Shown: in pieces, positions 18,682 through 27,990 of the stretch
How positions within the stretch are numbered: the first letter of the stretch is position 1
Layout: each line of letters begins with the position of its first letter
IMG/VR virus record: IMGVR_UViG_3300037419_001520
Location: 1-36,348 of that record
Strand: one strand, 5' to 3'
Source of the DNA: a virus
Lineage: Duplodnaviria > Caudoviricetes
DNA length: 36,348 nucleotides
Notes under the pieces: generated by a model
The model's database searches: none
The model's input: only the letters and a program-made list of their open reading frames with translations
Told to the model about the DNA's origin: nothing
Made by a program: the position numbers and the translations under genes

Positions 18682-18816
18682 CTAGAACGGATCGGTCGTC
18701 GTGATGGGCTCGCGCGGTAGCGTCCACCCCCGTATCCAGACGACCCCCGTGGAGGGGTGGTACAGGGCGTAGGAGTAGCCGCGCTGGCGCTTCCCCCGGT
18801 AGTGGCGGATCAGCAC
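18682..18816 (-). CDS. Hypothetical 44-aa protein
   Basis: Manual translation MLIRHYRGKRQRGYSYALYHPSTGVVWIRGWTLPREPITTTDPF; overlaps the upstream stop and fills the gap. Confidence 0.45.
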   Translation of the reverse strand: MLIRHYRGKRQRGYSYALYHPSTGVVWIRGWTLPREPITTTDPF

Positions 18817-18989
18817 GGCGGGGCCACGGCGAGGACGATCACGAGCGCCAGCTCCATGAGGGCGGCCAGCGTGAAGGCCGTCCCCTCATGCAGGGCGAGC
18901 ATGACCTCCCACCCCAGGGCACGGAGGTTCAGCTTCAGCTCGCGCAGCTCGTGGGCGAAGGTGCCCTCGGGGAACGGATTCGCGTCCAT
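18810..18989 (-). CDS. Hypothetical 59-aa protein with a C-terminal hydrophobic segment
   Basis: GAGGAGG RBS; MDANPFPEGTFAHELRELKLNL...LMELALVIVLAVAPPC. Confidence 0.6.
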   Translation of the reverse strand: MDANPFPEGTFAHELRELKLNLRALGWEVMLALHEGTAFTLAALMELALVIVLAVAPPC

Positions 18990-18992
18990 GCC

Positions 18993-19313
18993 CTAGTCCT
19001 CCTCGTCATCGGTGTGGATGCCGGTCCCGGCGCAGGTGTCGCAGACCATGACCATCGGGACCCCATGCCACTCGGCCAGCTCGCCGACGCCCGTCCCGTG
19101 GCAGTCGGGGCACGGGTCGGGCTGAGCGTCGCCGACACCCCCGACCTCGGTCGGCGTGTCCTGGCCGCACGAGGGGCAACCGTCCGGCGCCCAGAAGAGG
19201 AGCTGACCGCACCCCTCGCCAGTAGGGCCGTCGCAGCGCCAGAGCTTGAAGCCGCCCAGCGGCTCGTCGAAGACGTCCGGCGTGTCGACGCCCTCGGGAG
19301 TGAAGTCACGCAT
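18993..19313 (-). CDS. Zn-finger protein with DnaJ-like CxxCxGxG repeats
   Basis: ATG 19313; CPSC, CPDCHGTG, CDTCAGTG. Confidence 0.7.
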   Translation of the reverse strand: MRDFTPEGVDTPDVFDEPLGGFKLWRCDGPTGEGCGQLLFWAPDGCPSCGQDTPTEVGGVGDAQPDPCPDCHGTGVGELAEWHGVPMVMVCDTCAGTGIHTDDEED

Positions 19314-19482
19314 TCGGGCACCCCTCGCAGGGGCCGGGCTCGTCGTCGGGGACGTCGATGCACCGGGGACAGGCGAAGATCGCGGCGGCCACGGCCCTCG
19401 GGGTAGCCGGAACAAAGCTGAGGTCACAGACCGTGCAGCCGTCCCCGTCGAGGGCGTGGAGGCAGAGCGGACACTCACGCAA
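19306..19482 (-). CDS. Cys-rich 58-aa protein
   Basis: TTG start with GGGAGG RBS; four CxxC pairs. Confidence 0.6.
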   Translation of the reverse strand: MRECPLCLHALDGDGCTVCDLSFVPATPRAVAAAIFACPRCIDVPDDEPGPCEGCPNA

Positions 19483-19783
19483 GGCGGCCTCCCTTCCGGA
19501 GATTGCAGGGCTCGCACGAGGGGACGAGGTTCGTCGGCTCGTACGCGAGGTCGGGCCTCTGGGACACCGGGAGGACATGGTCGAGCGTGACCGCCTCCCT
19601 ACCGCAGTAGTGGCAGGCGTCCCCAGGCTTCAGGAGGCGACGCTTCAGGGACCGCCAGCGGTTCGTCCCCGTGACGGTCGAGCTAGGGGACCGAGGCGAC
19701 GTCCGCCGGTGCGCCGGGCAGTAGCCGCGATCGGCCGCGACCTCGGGGCACCCATCGAAGGCACAGGTTCGCGGTGCTCGCAT
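19475..19783 (-). CDS. HNH endonuclease (terminase-associated, HK97 gp74-like)
   Basis: CHYC..TLDHVLP..NLVPSCEPCN..K, with an N-terminal CAFDGC..YCPAH. Confidence 0.92.
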   Translation of the reverse strand: MRAPRTCAFDGCPEVAADRGYCPAHRRTSPRSPSSTVTGTNRWRSLKRRLLKPGDACHYCGREAVTLDHVLPVSQRPDLAYEPTNLVPSCEPCNLRKGGRLA

Positions 19784-19892
19784 CGGGCCTCCCCGTTTAG
19801 ACGCGGTACCCTCCAGGGCGCTTCCCCGGAGGGGTCCGGGGTTGCGCTCTCAGAAGGGGGGCGGCGGCACTCGTGGCCGCCGCCTTCCGTAC

Positions 19893-21200
19893 TTAGGCGA
19901 GGACGGCGGCCCGCTTCTCCTGAAGCCGCTTGACGCGGCAGTTCGCGAAGTAGACGGGGCCGACCGTCGAGAGCGGCGTCGTCGCGCTCATGTAGGTGTT
20001 GATGTAGAGCTGATTCGTGCCCGCGTTGTGGCTCGCGTACTGAGTCGTCCACTTGCGACGCGGGACGATGATCGACAGCGGGCCGTTCACGCCAGCGGTG
20101 CCGTACTTCAGCTCGTACCACCCGTGCTCGCCGGGGTGCAGCTTGTAGGTCATGACGAACGTCATCCAGGTGTCCCACGGGATCGCGGTCGACCAGCGCA
20201 TCGTCGCGTCCTGTTCCTGGACGCCGATGTTCGCGCCGTCGCGGGTGATGATCCGCAGGGCCGGGCTTCCGGCGAACGGGCGGCCGTACGCCCACTGGAC
20301 GAACTGAAGCCAGTTGCCGCTCCCGGAGAACGCCGAGAAGGCGCCGGTCGGCACCTTCATTTCGACCTGGACGCGGTACACCTCGCCGGGGTCGATCATC
20401 GCCAGTGAGGAGACGAGCTGCGCGCGGGGCGACGTGTTCGGGGTGAGCGGGAAGACGTCGGTGTTCTTGCACTTCATCGCGAGCGCGTTCCGGCCGTCGA
20501 CCGTGACCTGGGTACAGCGGTCGCCGAAGGCGTCCGGTGTCGTCCCGGCGTACGCGGACTGATTCGCCCACGAGGACAGGAGGTCACCGTTCCACTCCGC
20601 GCCGACGTCGAGGGCACGAGGGCGAGCGGTGCGGCTCGTCGGGTTGACGGCCTCGACGACGAACGGGCCGGGCGTCGTCTCCGTGCCGTAGTACCCGCAC
20701 CAAAGGGTGACCTTCAGGGCCGTGATCGCGAACGGTGTCGCCTTGCTCGCGCGGTTCGTCCAGCGCACGCCGTCAACCGACGTGTCGAAGAACAGATGCC
20801 CGGCGGCGTGGCGGATGCGCCACCATGTTGAGTCGTTCGGCGAGCCGAAGTTGTAGCCCGACGAAATGTCGTCGTACGTGGTGACACCGGCGACCTGGTA
20901 CATGGCCCACAGGCCGCCCGCGTTCTGCTCGATCCGCACCGAGTTATTGGCGTCCAGGGTCAGCTCGAAGGACGCCTCGGTGCCACCGTTCCCGGCGGCG
21001 GGCGCGCTCGACCACCGGAGGACGCACTCGCTGTTCGTGAGGTCGTACGTCGCAACGGACTGGACGCCCGAGTACGAACTCGTGCAAGGGAGGCTGAGCT
21101 GGCCGCCCGCGACCGTCTCCGGAGACACCCCGGTCCGCACCCACGGGGCGCCGAGCGCGGACCCGGCGAAGTCGTCGACCAACGTCGAGACGCTTGCCAT
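19893..21200 (-). CDS. Two-domain beta-rich protein: lectin/ConA-like plus polysaccharide-lyase-like
   Basis: 435 aa; WWRIRH..LFFDTSVDG in the N-half; PRAQL..QW..W.TFV..GWYEL..N..Y..VYF pattern in the C-half resembles beta-jelly-roll lyases. Confidence 0.55.
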   Translation of the reverse strand: MASVSTLVDDFAGSALGAPWVRTGVSPETVAGGQLSLPCTSSYSGVQSVATYDLTNSECVLRWSSAPAAGNGGTEASFELTLDANNSVRIEQNAGGLWAMYQVAGVTTYDDISSGYNFGSPNDSTWWRIRHAAGHLFFDTSVDGVRWTNRASKATPFAITALKVTLWCGYYGTETTPGPFVVEAVNPTSRTARPRALDVGAEWNGDLLSSWANQSAYAGTTPDAFGDRCTQVTVDGRNALAMKCKNTDVFPLTPNTSPRAQLVSSLAMIDPGEVYRVQVEMKVPTGAFSAFSGSGNWLQFVQWAYGRPFAGSPALRIITRDGANIGVQEQDATMRWSTAIPWDTWMTFVMTYKLHPGEHGWYELKYGTAGVNGPLSIIVPRRKWTTQYASHNAGTNQLYINTYMSATTPLSTVGPVYFANCRVKRLQEKRAAVLA

Positions 21201-21204
21201 CGAG

Positions 21205-21552
21205 CTAACTCATGTTGCCGCCGGACGGGAACGCGAGGAGCGTCCCGTCCGGGGCCTTGACGAGGGTCAGGACGTCGATCGCGCCCGGCGTGGAGGACAG
21301 GTCGAGGCCCAGGCCGCCCGGGGTCTTCGGCGTCGGGGTCAGCGCCAGGGTCCGCGAGCCGGTCGCGTCCTGAGTCAGGACGAGTACGGCGCGGGCGCCG
21401 ACCGGCATATTCGAGACGGTCAGCGCACAGTTCGCCGTGAGGGTCACGGCCGCGACGACATGGCCGCTCCCCTTGCAGTCGAGGGACGCCGTCGCGCCCC
21501 ACGTCGCGTCAGGCGACAGGTGGGGACCCGACAGCGTCGTGACGGTGGTCAT
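21205..21552 (-). CDS. Tail-fibre/collar-associated small beta protein
   Basis: VTLTANCALT..VLVLTQDATGSRTL..LSSTPGAIDVL motif recurrent in phage fibre proteins. Confidence 0.6.
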   Translation of the reverse strand: MTTVTTLSGPHLSPDATWGATASLDCKGSGHVVAAVTLTANCALTVSNMPVGARAVLVLTQDATGSRTLALTPTPKTPGGLGLDLSSTPGAIDVLTLVKAPDGTLLAFPSGGNMS

Positions 21553-21849
21553 CTAGTCGACGACCACCTTCAGCGCGAGGAAGGTGTTCTGATCGTCGAT
21601 GTGGACCCACAGGACCGGGCCAGCGGATGCGCTCGGCTGGGCCTGGGACGCGATGACGCGCAGCGGGCGGCCCGGGAGCGACACCGGCAGGCCGGGCGTC
21701 ACGGCGCCGACGATCCGCAGAACGCCTTCGCTGAGAAGTTCGGCGTAATACGGATTCGACGTGTCGACGTCGACCTGATCGCCGACGCCGATCGGCGTCC
21801 CGTCGGTGTCATCGACGGGAGCATGAGAGACGTTCTGGACGAGCGTCAC
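21553..21849 (-). CDS. Small putative virion protein
   Basis: 98 aa; N-half resembles the 9486-9662 protein; GGAGG RBS. Confidence 0.65.
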   Translation of the reverse strand: MTLVQNVSHAPVDDTDGTPIGVGDQVDVDTSNPYYAELLSEGVLRIVGAVTPGLPVSLPGRPLRVIASQAQPSASAGPVLWVHIDDQNTFLALKVVVD

Positions 21850-21882
21850 GAGGGGACCTCCAGAGGTCGTGAGGGGCTGGGG

Positions 21883-23139
21883 CTAGACGCCGACGGGAAC
21901 GATCGAGTCGAGCACGCGATGGGCGTACCGGCCCCACTCGGCGTAACCGGCGCCCTTCATGTGGACGCTGTTCGCGACGTTGAGGCCCGCCGCTTCCATC
22001 GCCGCCTGATACGCGGTCGCCTCGGCGGTCGTGCCCGGCGTGCCGAACAGGTCGCCGAGGTCGGCGTGGGCGACGTGCGGCGTGCTCGCGGCGATCGCCT
22101 TCAGCGCGGCGTTGTACTCGTTCTCCGTCGGGACGCCCGCCCCGTAGTTCGCGTTCACGGAGCGCGGCTCACCGAGGAACAGGACGTCAACGCCGTCGGC
22201 GGTCGCCCAATTCGCGAGCGACTGATTCCAGGTCGTGAACTTGTCGATCGTGACCCCGGAGAAGATGCTCGCGGCGCCCGCCTGCTGGGTCTGGTCGTTG
22301 ATCCGCATGGAGAGGATCAGGAGACCGGGGCCGCCGACCGGGATGAACGAGCGCCAGTGCGCGCGGGCGGCGCGCTCCTGGAAGGACATACCGGCCGGAC
22401 CGCCGGTCAGTCCCGAGCTGAGCTGGAGCGTGCCGGTGCCCGCCGAGGTCAGGCCGCCGAAGATGTCGCCGGTCGTGTAGCCGGGCTGGCCGACACGATG
22501 AACGACGGCGCCGGTCGTGCCGGTCCGCAGGCTCACGGCCGTGATGTAGGTCTGCCCGGAGGCGGGTCCCGAAATGACGATCTGCTCGCCAGCGGCGACG
22601 GTCAACGTCGTGCGGATCGGGACCTCGGTACCGGTCAGGGTCGCAATCGCGCCCTGTCCCGTGCCAGCGCGCGACCATGTCGCGGACGTGTCGCCCGGAA
22701 GGTTCGCCTGGGTCACGACGACCCGGGTATGACCCGCCGGGACGGTGAACGTGAGCGTCTTCGACGAGGAGTTGAGGAGGCGGTTATGCCGCAGGAGGGA
22801 CGGGGCGTTCGTGCTCGTCGAGGCGCCGCCGCCGGACGTGATGAACGTCGCATCCGGCGCGAAGCCGCCGTACCCGGTGTCACCGTAGACGGACGCGAGA
22901 CGCTTCCGTAGGGCGGACGGCCAGCTCTGCGGGAAGTGCAGCGCCATTTCGTCGGCCGGGTTGTTCGACGTGCCGTCCACGCCGATGCCGTACGTCGTGG
23001 AGTTGCCGACGCACACGATCGGGAAGTCGGCAATCCCCATCATGGCGGCGCTCAGTCCGATGCGGGTGCGCGTGAGGTGGTCGGCGCCCGTGACGATCGG
23101 GAGCGACCGAGATAGGAGGGAGGAGACAGCGGGAGGCAT
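21883..23139 (-). CDS. SGNH/GDSL-like hydrolase (putative virion esterase/deacetylase)
   Basis: 418 aa; block I VCVGNSTTYG, block II GQPG, block III RIND, block V NSVH. Confidence 0.75.
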   Translation of the reverse strand: MPPAVSSLLSRSLPIVTGADHLTRTRIGLSAAMMGIADFPIVCVGNSTTYGIGVDGTSNNPADEMALHFPQSWPSALRKRLASVYGDTGYGGFAPDATFITSGGGASTSTNAPSLLRHNRLLNSSSKTLTFTVPAGHTRVVVTQANLPGDTSATWSRAGTGQGAIATLTGTEVPIRTTLTVAAGEQIVISGPASGQTYITAVSLRTGTTGAVVHRVGQPGYTTGDIFGGLTSAGTGTLQLSSGLTGGPAGMSFQERAARAHWRSFIPVGGPGLLILSMRINDQTQQAGAASIFSGVTIDKFTTWNQSLANWATADGVDVLFLGEPRSVNANYGAGVPTENEYNAALKAIAASTPHVAHADLGDLFGTPGTTAEATAYQAAMEAAGLNVANSVHMKGAGYAEWGRYAHRVLDSIVPVGV

Positions 23140-23153
23140 TCGGGACCTCGGGG

Positions 23154-23447
23154 CTAGTAGGAGCGGAGGACGTCCACGACGGCGTGAGTCGAGCCGGTGC
23201 GGACGTAGAGGCAGAGGGCGGAGCCCTGCCGCACGTCGAGGCCGAGCGCGCGCCCGACCTTCAGGGTTCGGATCGAGTGACCCACCGTCGCGACGTCGAG
23301 GCCGCCCAGCTCGACGTCCACGGTCCCCTCATTGGAGAGGAAGTACGAGTCTTTGCCAGACTCGTCGTAATCGAGGTCGGCGAGCACTACGGACAGGTCG
23401 ACGACCGTCGTCGGGGGCACGTCGACCTGACGGGCGATCACGGCCAT
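23154..23447 (-). CDS. Small beta-sandwich putative virion protein
   Basis: ATG 23447 after GAAAGGA RBS; 97 aa, LSNEGTVDVELGGLDV..G. Confidence 0.7.
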   Translation of the reverse strand: MAVIARQVDVPPTTVVDLSVVLADLDYDESGKDSYFLSNEGTVDVELGGLDVATVGHSIRTLKVGRALGLDVRQGSALCLYVRTGSTHAVVDVLRSY

Positions 23448-23579
23448 GTTGGGGTCCTTTCGGGAGAGGGGAAAACGTCCGCGCTGGGCGGCGCCGGGGA
23501 GGCGTCGGCGGCCGAAGGTGCGGGCCAGCGCGGGCAACCCCTCCCGCCGGGGCTTCGGCCAGCGGCCGAAGATGTAGGA

Positions 23580-23801
23580 CTAGCGACTAGGCGGCATCGG
23601 GTCCGCGCGCATGTCGGCGCGGATGCGGGCCTCCCGCTGGGCGTCGCCGTCCTCGCGGGCGTCACGGAGCTGACGCCAGCGGACGGCGTCGCGCTTCACC
23701 CACGCGGAGTACGCCGCTCGACGGGCGGCCCTCTCCTCGGCGTCCCGCTCGGCCTTGCGAGCGCGGCCCTCCTGGAGGGCGGCCAGGTGCTCGGCCGTCA
23801 C
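23580..23801 (-). CDS. Hypothetical 73-aa protein
   Basis: MTAEHLAALQEGRARK helical basic protein; in operon order. Confidence 0.6.
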   Translation of the reverse strand: MTAEHLAALQEGRARKAERDAEERAARRAAYSAWVKRDAVRWRQLRDAREDGDAQREARIRADMRADPMPPSR

Positions 23802-23803
23802 GA

Positions 23804-24091
23804 CTACCGGCCCCTGCGACGACGGCGGCGGTCGTTGCCGCTCGCGTCCTCGTGGGGCTTCGACGGGCGCAGCCCGAGGAACGCGCAGACCTGGCCGTAG
23901 TCGGCGCCCCGGAAGGCGCCGTGCGTCAGGGTCAGGCCGGACCGGCTCACGCGAGCCGGGGGCTCCATGCGCTCGGGCCGGGGCTCGGGGTTGCGCTCGG
24001 CGCGGCGGCTCAGGGCGATGCGCTGGGCGCGCTGGCGGCTCGTCTCGGTCGAGCGCGGCGCGCTCGGGGAGCCGAAGGTCATACGGTCCAC
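23804..24091 (-). CDS. Hypothetical basic protein
   Basis: 95 aa, GGGAGG RBS. Confidence 0.55.
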   Translation of the reverse strand: MDRMTFGSPSAPRSTETSRQRAQRIALSRRAERNPEPRPERMEPPARVSRSGLTLTHGAFRGADYGQVCAFLGLRPSKPHEDASGNDRRRRRRGR

Positions 24092-24119
24092 GGTTGCCTC
24101 CCGGGGAGTCGAGGGGTGT

Positions 24120-24208
24120 CTAAACGGGGACGGCGCCGGTCGGCGGCGTCGGCGGCCAACCGCCAGCGATCAGCGCGGCGGCGAGCGCGAGGAGCGCAAG
24201 GGCGGCGA

Positions 24209-24212
<4 letters not shown>
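24120..24212 (-). CDS. 30-aa hydrophobic peptide
   Basis: GTGA overlap with the recA stop; [30 protein letters not shown]. Confidence 0.45.
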
Positions 24213-25188
<976 letters not shown>

Positions 25189-25192
<4 letters not shown>

Positions 25193-25434
25193 AGGCAACC
25201 CCGGAGCGGCCGGAACGGCTGGGCGGCCGTCGCCTCGTCCATGAACGCGCGCAACTCGGCGAGCCGCATCGGCTCGGCCGGATTCGCGGTCGGCGTCCCG
25301 GGGTGCGGCGTCGGCTCGTAGTCCATGTCCTCGGCGGCGCCGAAGAGGATCGTCGGGACGGGCTCCGTCGAGACCAAGGCGGCGACAGCGCGCAACGTGG
25401 CGCGGGCCGGGAACGTAAGGAGCGACGTCACCAT
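25189..25434 (-). CDS. Hypothetical 81-aa protein
   Basis: ATG 25434 overlapping the previous stop; TGA overlaps the recA start. Confidence 0.55.
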
Positions 25435-25607
25435 GAACGGCCCTCGGGCACGCACGAGCGCTCGGCGCCGCAGAGGCCCGGGTCGGGGCACTCCGCGCAG
25501 AGGCGATCGTTCAGGAGCTTGCCCTCGCGCTCAGCGACGGCGTAGGCGCGCTCGGCGTCCAGCTCCTCGCCGGGCACCGGGGACGGGGACGGGTAGCGGC
25601 GATTCAT
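25428..25607 (-). CDS. Hypothetical 59-aa Cys-containing protein, first gene of the leftward operon
   Basis: GAGGGAGG RBS; [27 protein letters not shown].. Confidence 0.6.
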   Translation of the reverse strand: MNRRYPSPSPVPGEELDAERAYAVAEREGKLLNDRLCAECPDPGLCGAERSCVPEGRSW

Positions 25608-25835
25608 GGGGGCCTCCCTCGAAGACGGGGACGGCCCCCAGGACCGCGAGCCTCAGCTCGGAACCCTGGGGGCCGCTTCGATCGGCGCAGTAGGCCGCCC
25701 CGGGCACCGGGCGGGCCGGATGGCGGGGAGTGCTCGGCGTGCCGGGGCGGCGCGACCGAAGGGTTGGCGGGGGTCCGGCCCGAGGGGCCTTCACTCGCCC
25801 GCCCGAAGTTCAGTGGACCTTCTGCGACGCTAGCA

Positions 25836-25868
25836 AGAATAGGACACCTGTCGGACGGAAACCGGACA
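25836..25868 (-). promoter_or_regulatory. Class II promoter driving the leftward recA/structural operon
   Basis: TGTCC-N6-CGTCC-N6-TGTCC-TATTCT on the minus strand. Confidence 0.65.
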
Positions 25869-25894
25869 GGCCCCGTCGAGGGCGTCTAAACGGG

Positions 25895-25920
25895 GGAGGC
25901 CCGCACGCTGGCGGGCCTCC
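25895..25920 (-). terminator. Hairpin after the SprT-like gene
   Basis: GGAGGCCCGC-N6-GCGGGCCTCC perfect 10-bp stem. Confidence 0.65.
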
Positions 25921-25970
25921 GGGGGTGCTGCGCGGCCGGGCTCACCCCGGCCCGGTCGATGGGCGTTCCA

Positions 25971-27176
25971 CTAGTCCATCGCCTCCTCGTCGCCGCTCGC
26001 GATCTTCTCCGACGTCCGGCGCCCGGCCTCCTCGCGGTACGCGGTCAGCCGCTCGTACTCGGCCTCCTCGTCGGGGGCGATGTGGCCGTCCTCGTAGTCC
26101 GGCTCCTCGTCCTCGTCCTCGCCGAGGTGGTCGCCGTCGGGGTCGTCGTCCCACTCGCCCAGCTTGCCCCAGACGTCCTCGTCGTCGAGGTCGACGTCCT
26201 CGTCCTCGAAGTCGTCCTCGTCGGCCTCGTCGGCGACGTCGTCCCAGGTCAGGGCGCCCGAGCGAAGGGCGGCGATGAACCCGAGGGCGTCAGCGCGGTC
26301 GGCGCGCGCCGTCCAGCGCTCGGCGTACTCCGTGACGAGGACCCCGAGCGGATTCTCGTCGGTCTGCATGACCCGGCGCGCGGCGACCTCGACGGCCTGA
26401 TGGTCGGTCACGAGCCACGAGCCCTCGCGCTTGCCGACCTTCGTCGAGCGAAGCGTGAAGCGGCCATCCGTCGTCTTCAGCTCGACGGTCGTCGAGACGT
26501 TCTCCAGGGGCTCGACCTCGTCGGCCGGGGCGAGACCCCAATGGGCGGCCTGCTCAGGGGAGGGCTCGACGGTGTAGGGCGTGCCGCAGACGCCGCACTC
26601 CGGGAGCGCGTTGTCCCAGGCCGTACGCGACCCGTACAAGATGGTCCCGCAGTCAGGGCACGAGCCCTTGACCATGCGGCCCGGCTTCCTCGGGCCGGGC
26701 TCCAGGTCCAGCTTCTCATGCGGGTAGCGGCCCAGCTCGTGCGCCAGGACGCGCAGCTCCTCCAGCAGCTCGTCGGACGCGACGGTCGCCGTCGGCTTCC
26801 CGGCGAGGCCGACCTGGCGCATGATCGCCTGGAAGGCCGGACCGTGGCCCGCGTCCTTCGGGAGGCAAGCGTGGATCAGCTCGTGGAGGAGGACGTCGAG
26901 GACTCGGCACTCCTCGGCCAGTGCGGGGCTGATGAAGATTTCGCGGGCGCCGTCCTCGGACGCCGAGCTGTACCACGCCTGGCCGAGCGTGCGGCGAGTG
27001 GACGAGGCGGTCGCCAGGGCGTTGCGGGAGGGCCAGCCGCACGAGACGCGCAGCTTCTTCGGGGCCTCGCCACCGGCGGCGATGACGCGGCCGACGAGGA
27101 GGTCCGACGCCCGCTTCAGCCACTCCTCGCGGTTGGTCGTCTTCGGCTCGGTTGGGCGGGTGTAGTTGTCAATCAT
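25971..27176 (-). CDS. SprT-like Zn metalloprotease with Zn ribbon and highly acidic C-terminus
   Basis: ATG 27176 after GAGGA; HELIH..GHGPAF, CPDC..CGVC, D/E-rich tail. Confidence 0.85.
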   Translation of the reverse strand: MIDNYTRPTEPKTTNREEWLKRASDLLVGRVIAAGGEAPKKLRVSCGWPSRNALATASSTRRTLGQAWYSSASEDGAREIFISPALAEECRVLDVLLHELIHACLPKDAGHGPAFQAIMRQVGLAGKPTATVASDELLEELRVLAHELGRYPHEKLDLEPGPRKPGRMVKGSCPDCGTILYGSRTAWDNALPECGVCGTPYTVEPSPEQAAHWGLAPADEVEPLENVSTTVELKTTDGRFTLRSTKVGKREGSWLVTDHQAVEVAARRVMQTDENPLGVLVTEYAERWTARADRADALGFIAALRSGALTWDDVADEADEDDFEDEDVDLDDEDVWGKLGEWDDDPDGDHLGEDEDEEPDYEDGHIAPDEEAEYERLTAYREEAGRRTSEKIASGDEEAMD

Positions 27177-27220
27177 GTTGCTTGTCCTCGGGTGGGGTGG
27201 GGTTGCGCTCTCTGCCCGAG

Positions 27221-27251
27221 AGTATACAACGTGTGCCGTCGGGCCTGTCAA
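27221..27251 (-). promoter_or_regulatory. Class I promoter (TTGACA-19-TATACT)
   Basis: Near-consensus hexamers upstream of the SprT-like gene. Confidence 0.8.
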
Positions 27252-27352
27252 GTAGTCGTCCGGACATGATGCGGACAACCCAGGACGGAGGCGCGCTCGC
27301 GCACCTGGCCCTCGTTCTACTTCGACTCGCCCTCCAACAGTCTTCAACCAAC

Positions 27353-27413
27353 CGAAGCGGGTTCGTAGAACCCGCTTCGTTCTCAAAGGGTTTGGGAGCG
27401 AAGCGCTCCTAAA
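27353..27413. repeat. Two adjacent triloop hairpins in the divergent intergenic region (candidate origin)
   Basis: CGAAGCGGGTTC-GTA-GAACCCGCTTCG and TTTGGGAGCG-AAG-CGCTCCTAAA in locally AT-richer DNA. Confidence 0.5.
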
Positions 27414-27474
27414 AAGACTGGCTCAGGGACGCGCGAAACCGCTCGCGCCCGCGCGCCCGCGCGAGGGGCGGCCC

Positions 27475-27514
27475 TGTCCGGAATCTGTCCTAGGCGGTCG
27501 GCACCCTGCCCGCC
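27475..27514 (+). promoter_or_regulatory. Class II promoter of the prim-pol operon
   Basis: TGTCCGGAATCTGTCCTAG starting 40 nt before GTG 27515; no RBS. Confidence 0.65.
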
Positions 27515-27892
27515 GTGACCGCGAACAGGACACCCGCCTCGGGCCAAGTCTGGGAAGGACCCGAGGGGCCGATGCTGTACGTCCGGCAGGAAGCCCGGCC
27601 GGGCTCGACGACGCCCGACCACCTCTTCGTCGTCACCCGGGACCGAGTCGTATATGAACGCTGGCACCCGGTAGCCGACCCGCTCCCGGCGGCCCTGGAG
27701 CTGAGGCTCGACCCGGACGCGACCGAGCGCGCCGCCCGGCTCGCCGACGAGTTGACCGAGGCGAACGCGAAGGCCGCCGCGCTCGGCGCCGCGCTCCGCC
27801 GCGCCGTCGAGGTCGTCCCGGTCGAGGTCGGAAACGAGCTGCGATCGGTGTACCGCGAGACGTTCGGCCGCCTGTACGGGAGCCGGTCGTGA
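27515..27892 (+). CDS. Hypothetical 125-aa protein
   Basis: GC3-rich ORF, coupled to the next gene by GTGA. Confidence 0.75.
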   Translation: MTANRTPASGQVWEGPEGPMLYVRQEARPGSTTPDHLFVVTRDRVVYERWHPVADPLPAALELRLDPDATERAARLADELTEANAKAAALGAALRRAVEVVPVEVGNELRSVYRETFGRLYGSRS

Positions 27893-27990
27893 CCCGCCGC
27901 GAGTTGTTCATGGAGTACGCCGCCGCAGCGCTGATCGGCGGGAACTTCGTCGCCTGGACGTGGGCGGCCCTGGCCGTCGGGCTCGCGTGA
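27889..27990 (+). CDS. 33-aa membrane peptide
   Basis: GTGA overlaps at both ends; MTRRELFMEYAAAALIGGNFVAWTWAALAVGLA. Confidence 0.6.
   Translation: MTRRELFMEYAAAALIGGNFVAWTWAALAVGLA

Noticed and set aside
27267-27412. Short plus-strand ORF MMRTTQDGG...
   Set aside because: Atypical AT-rich codons, no RBS, and it overlaps the hairpins and TGTCC repeats; more likely non-coding
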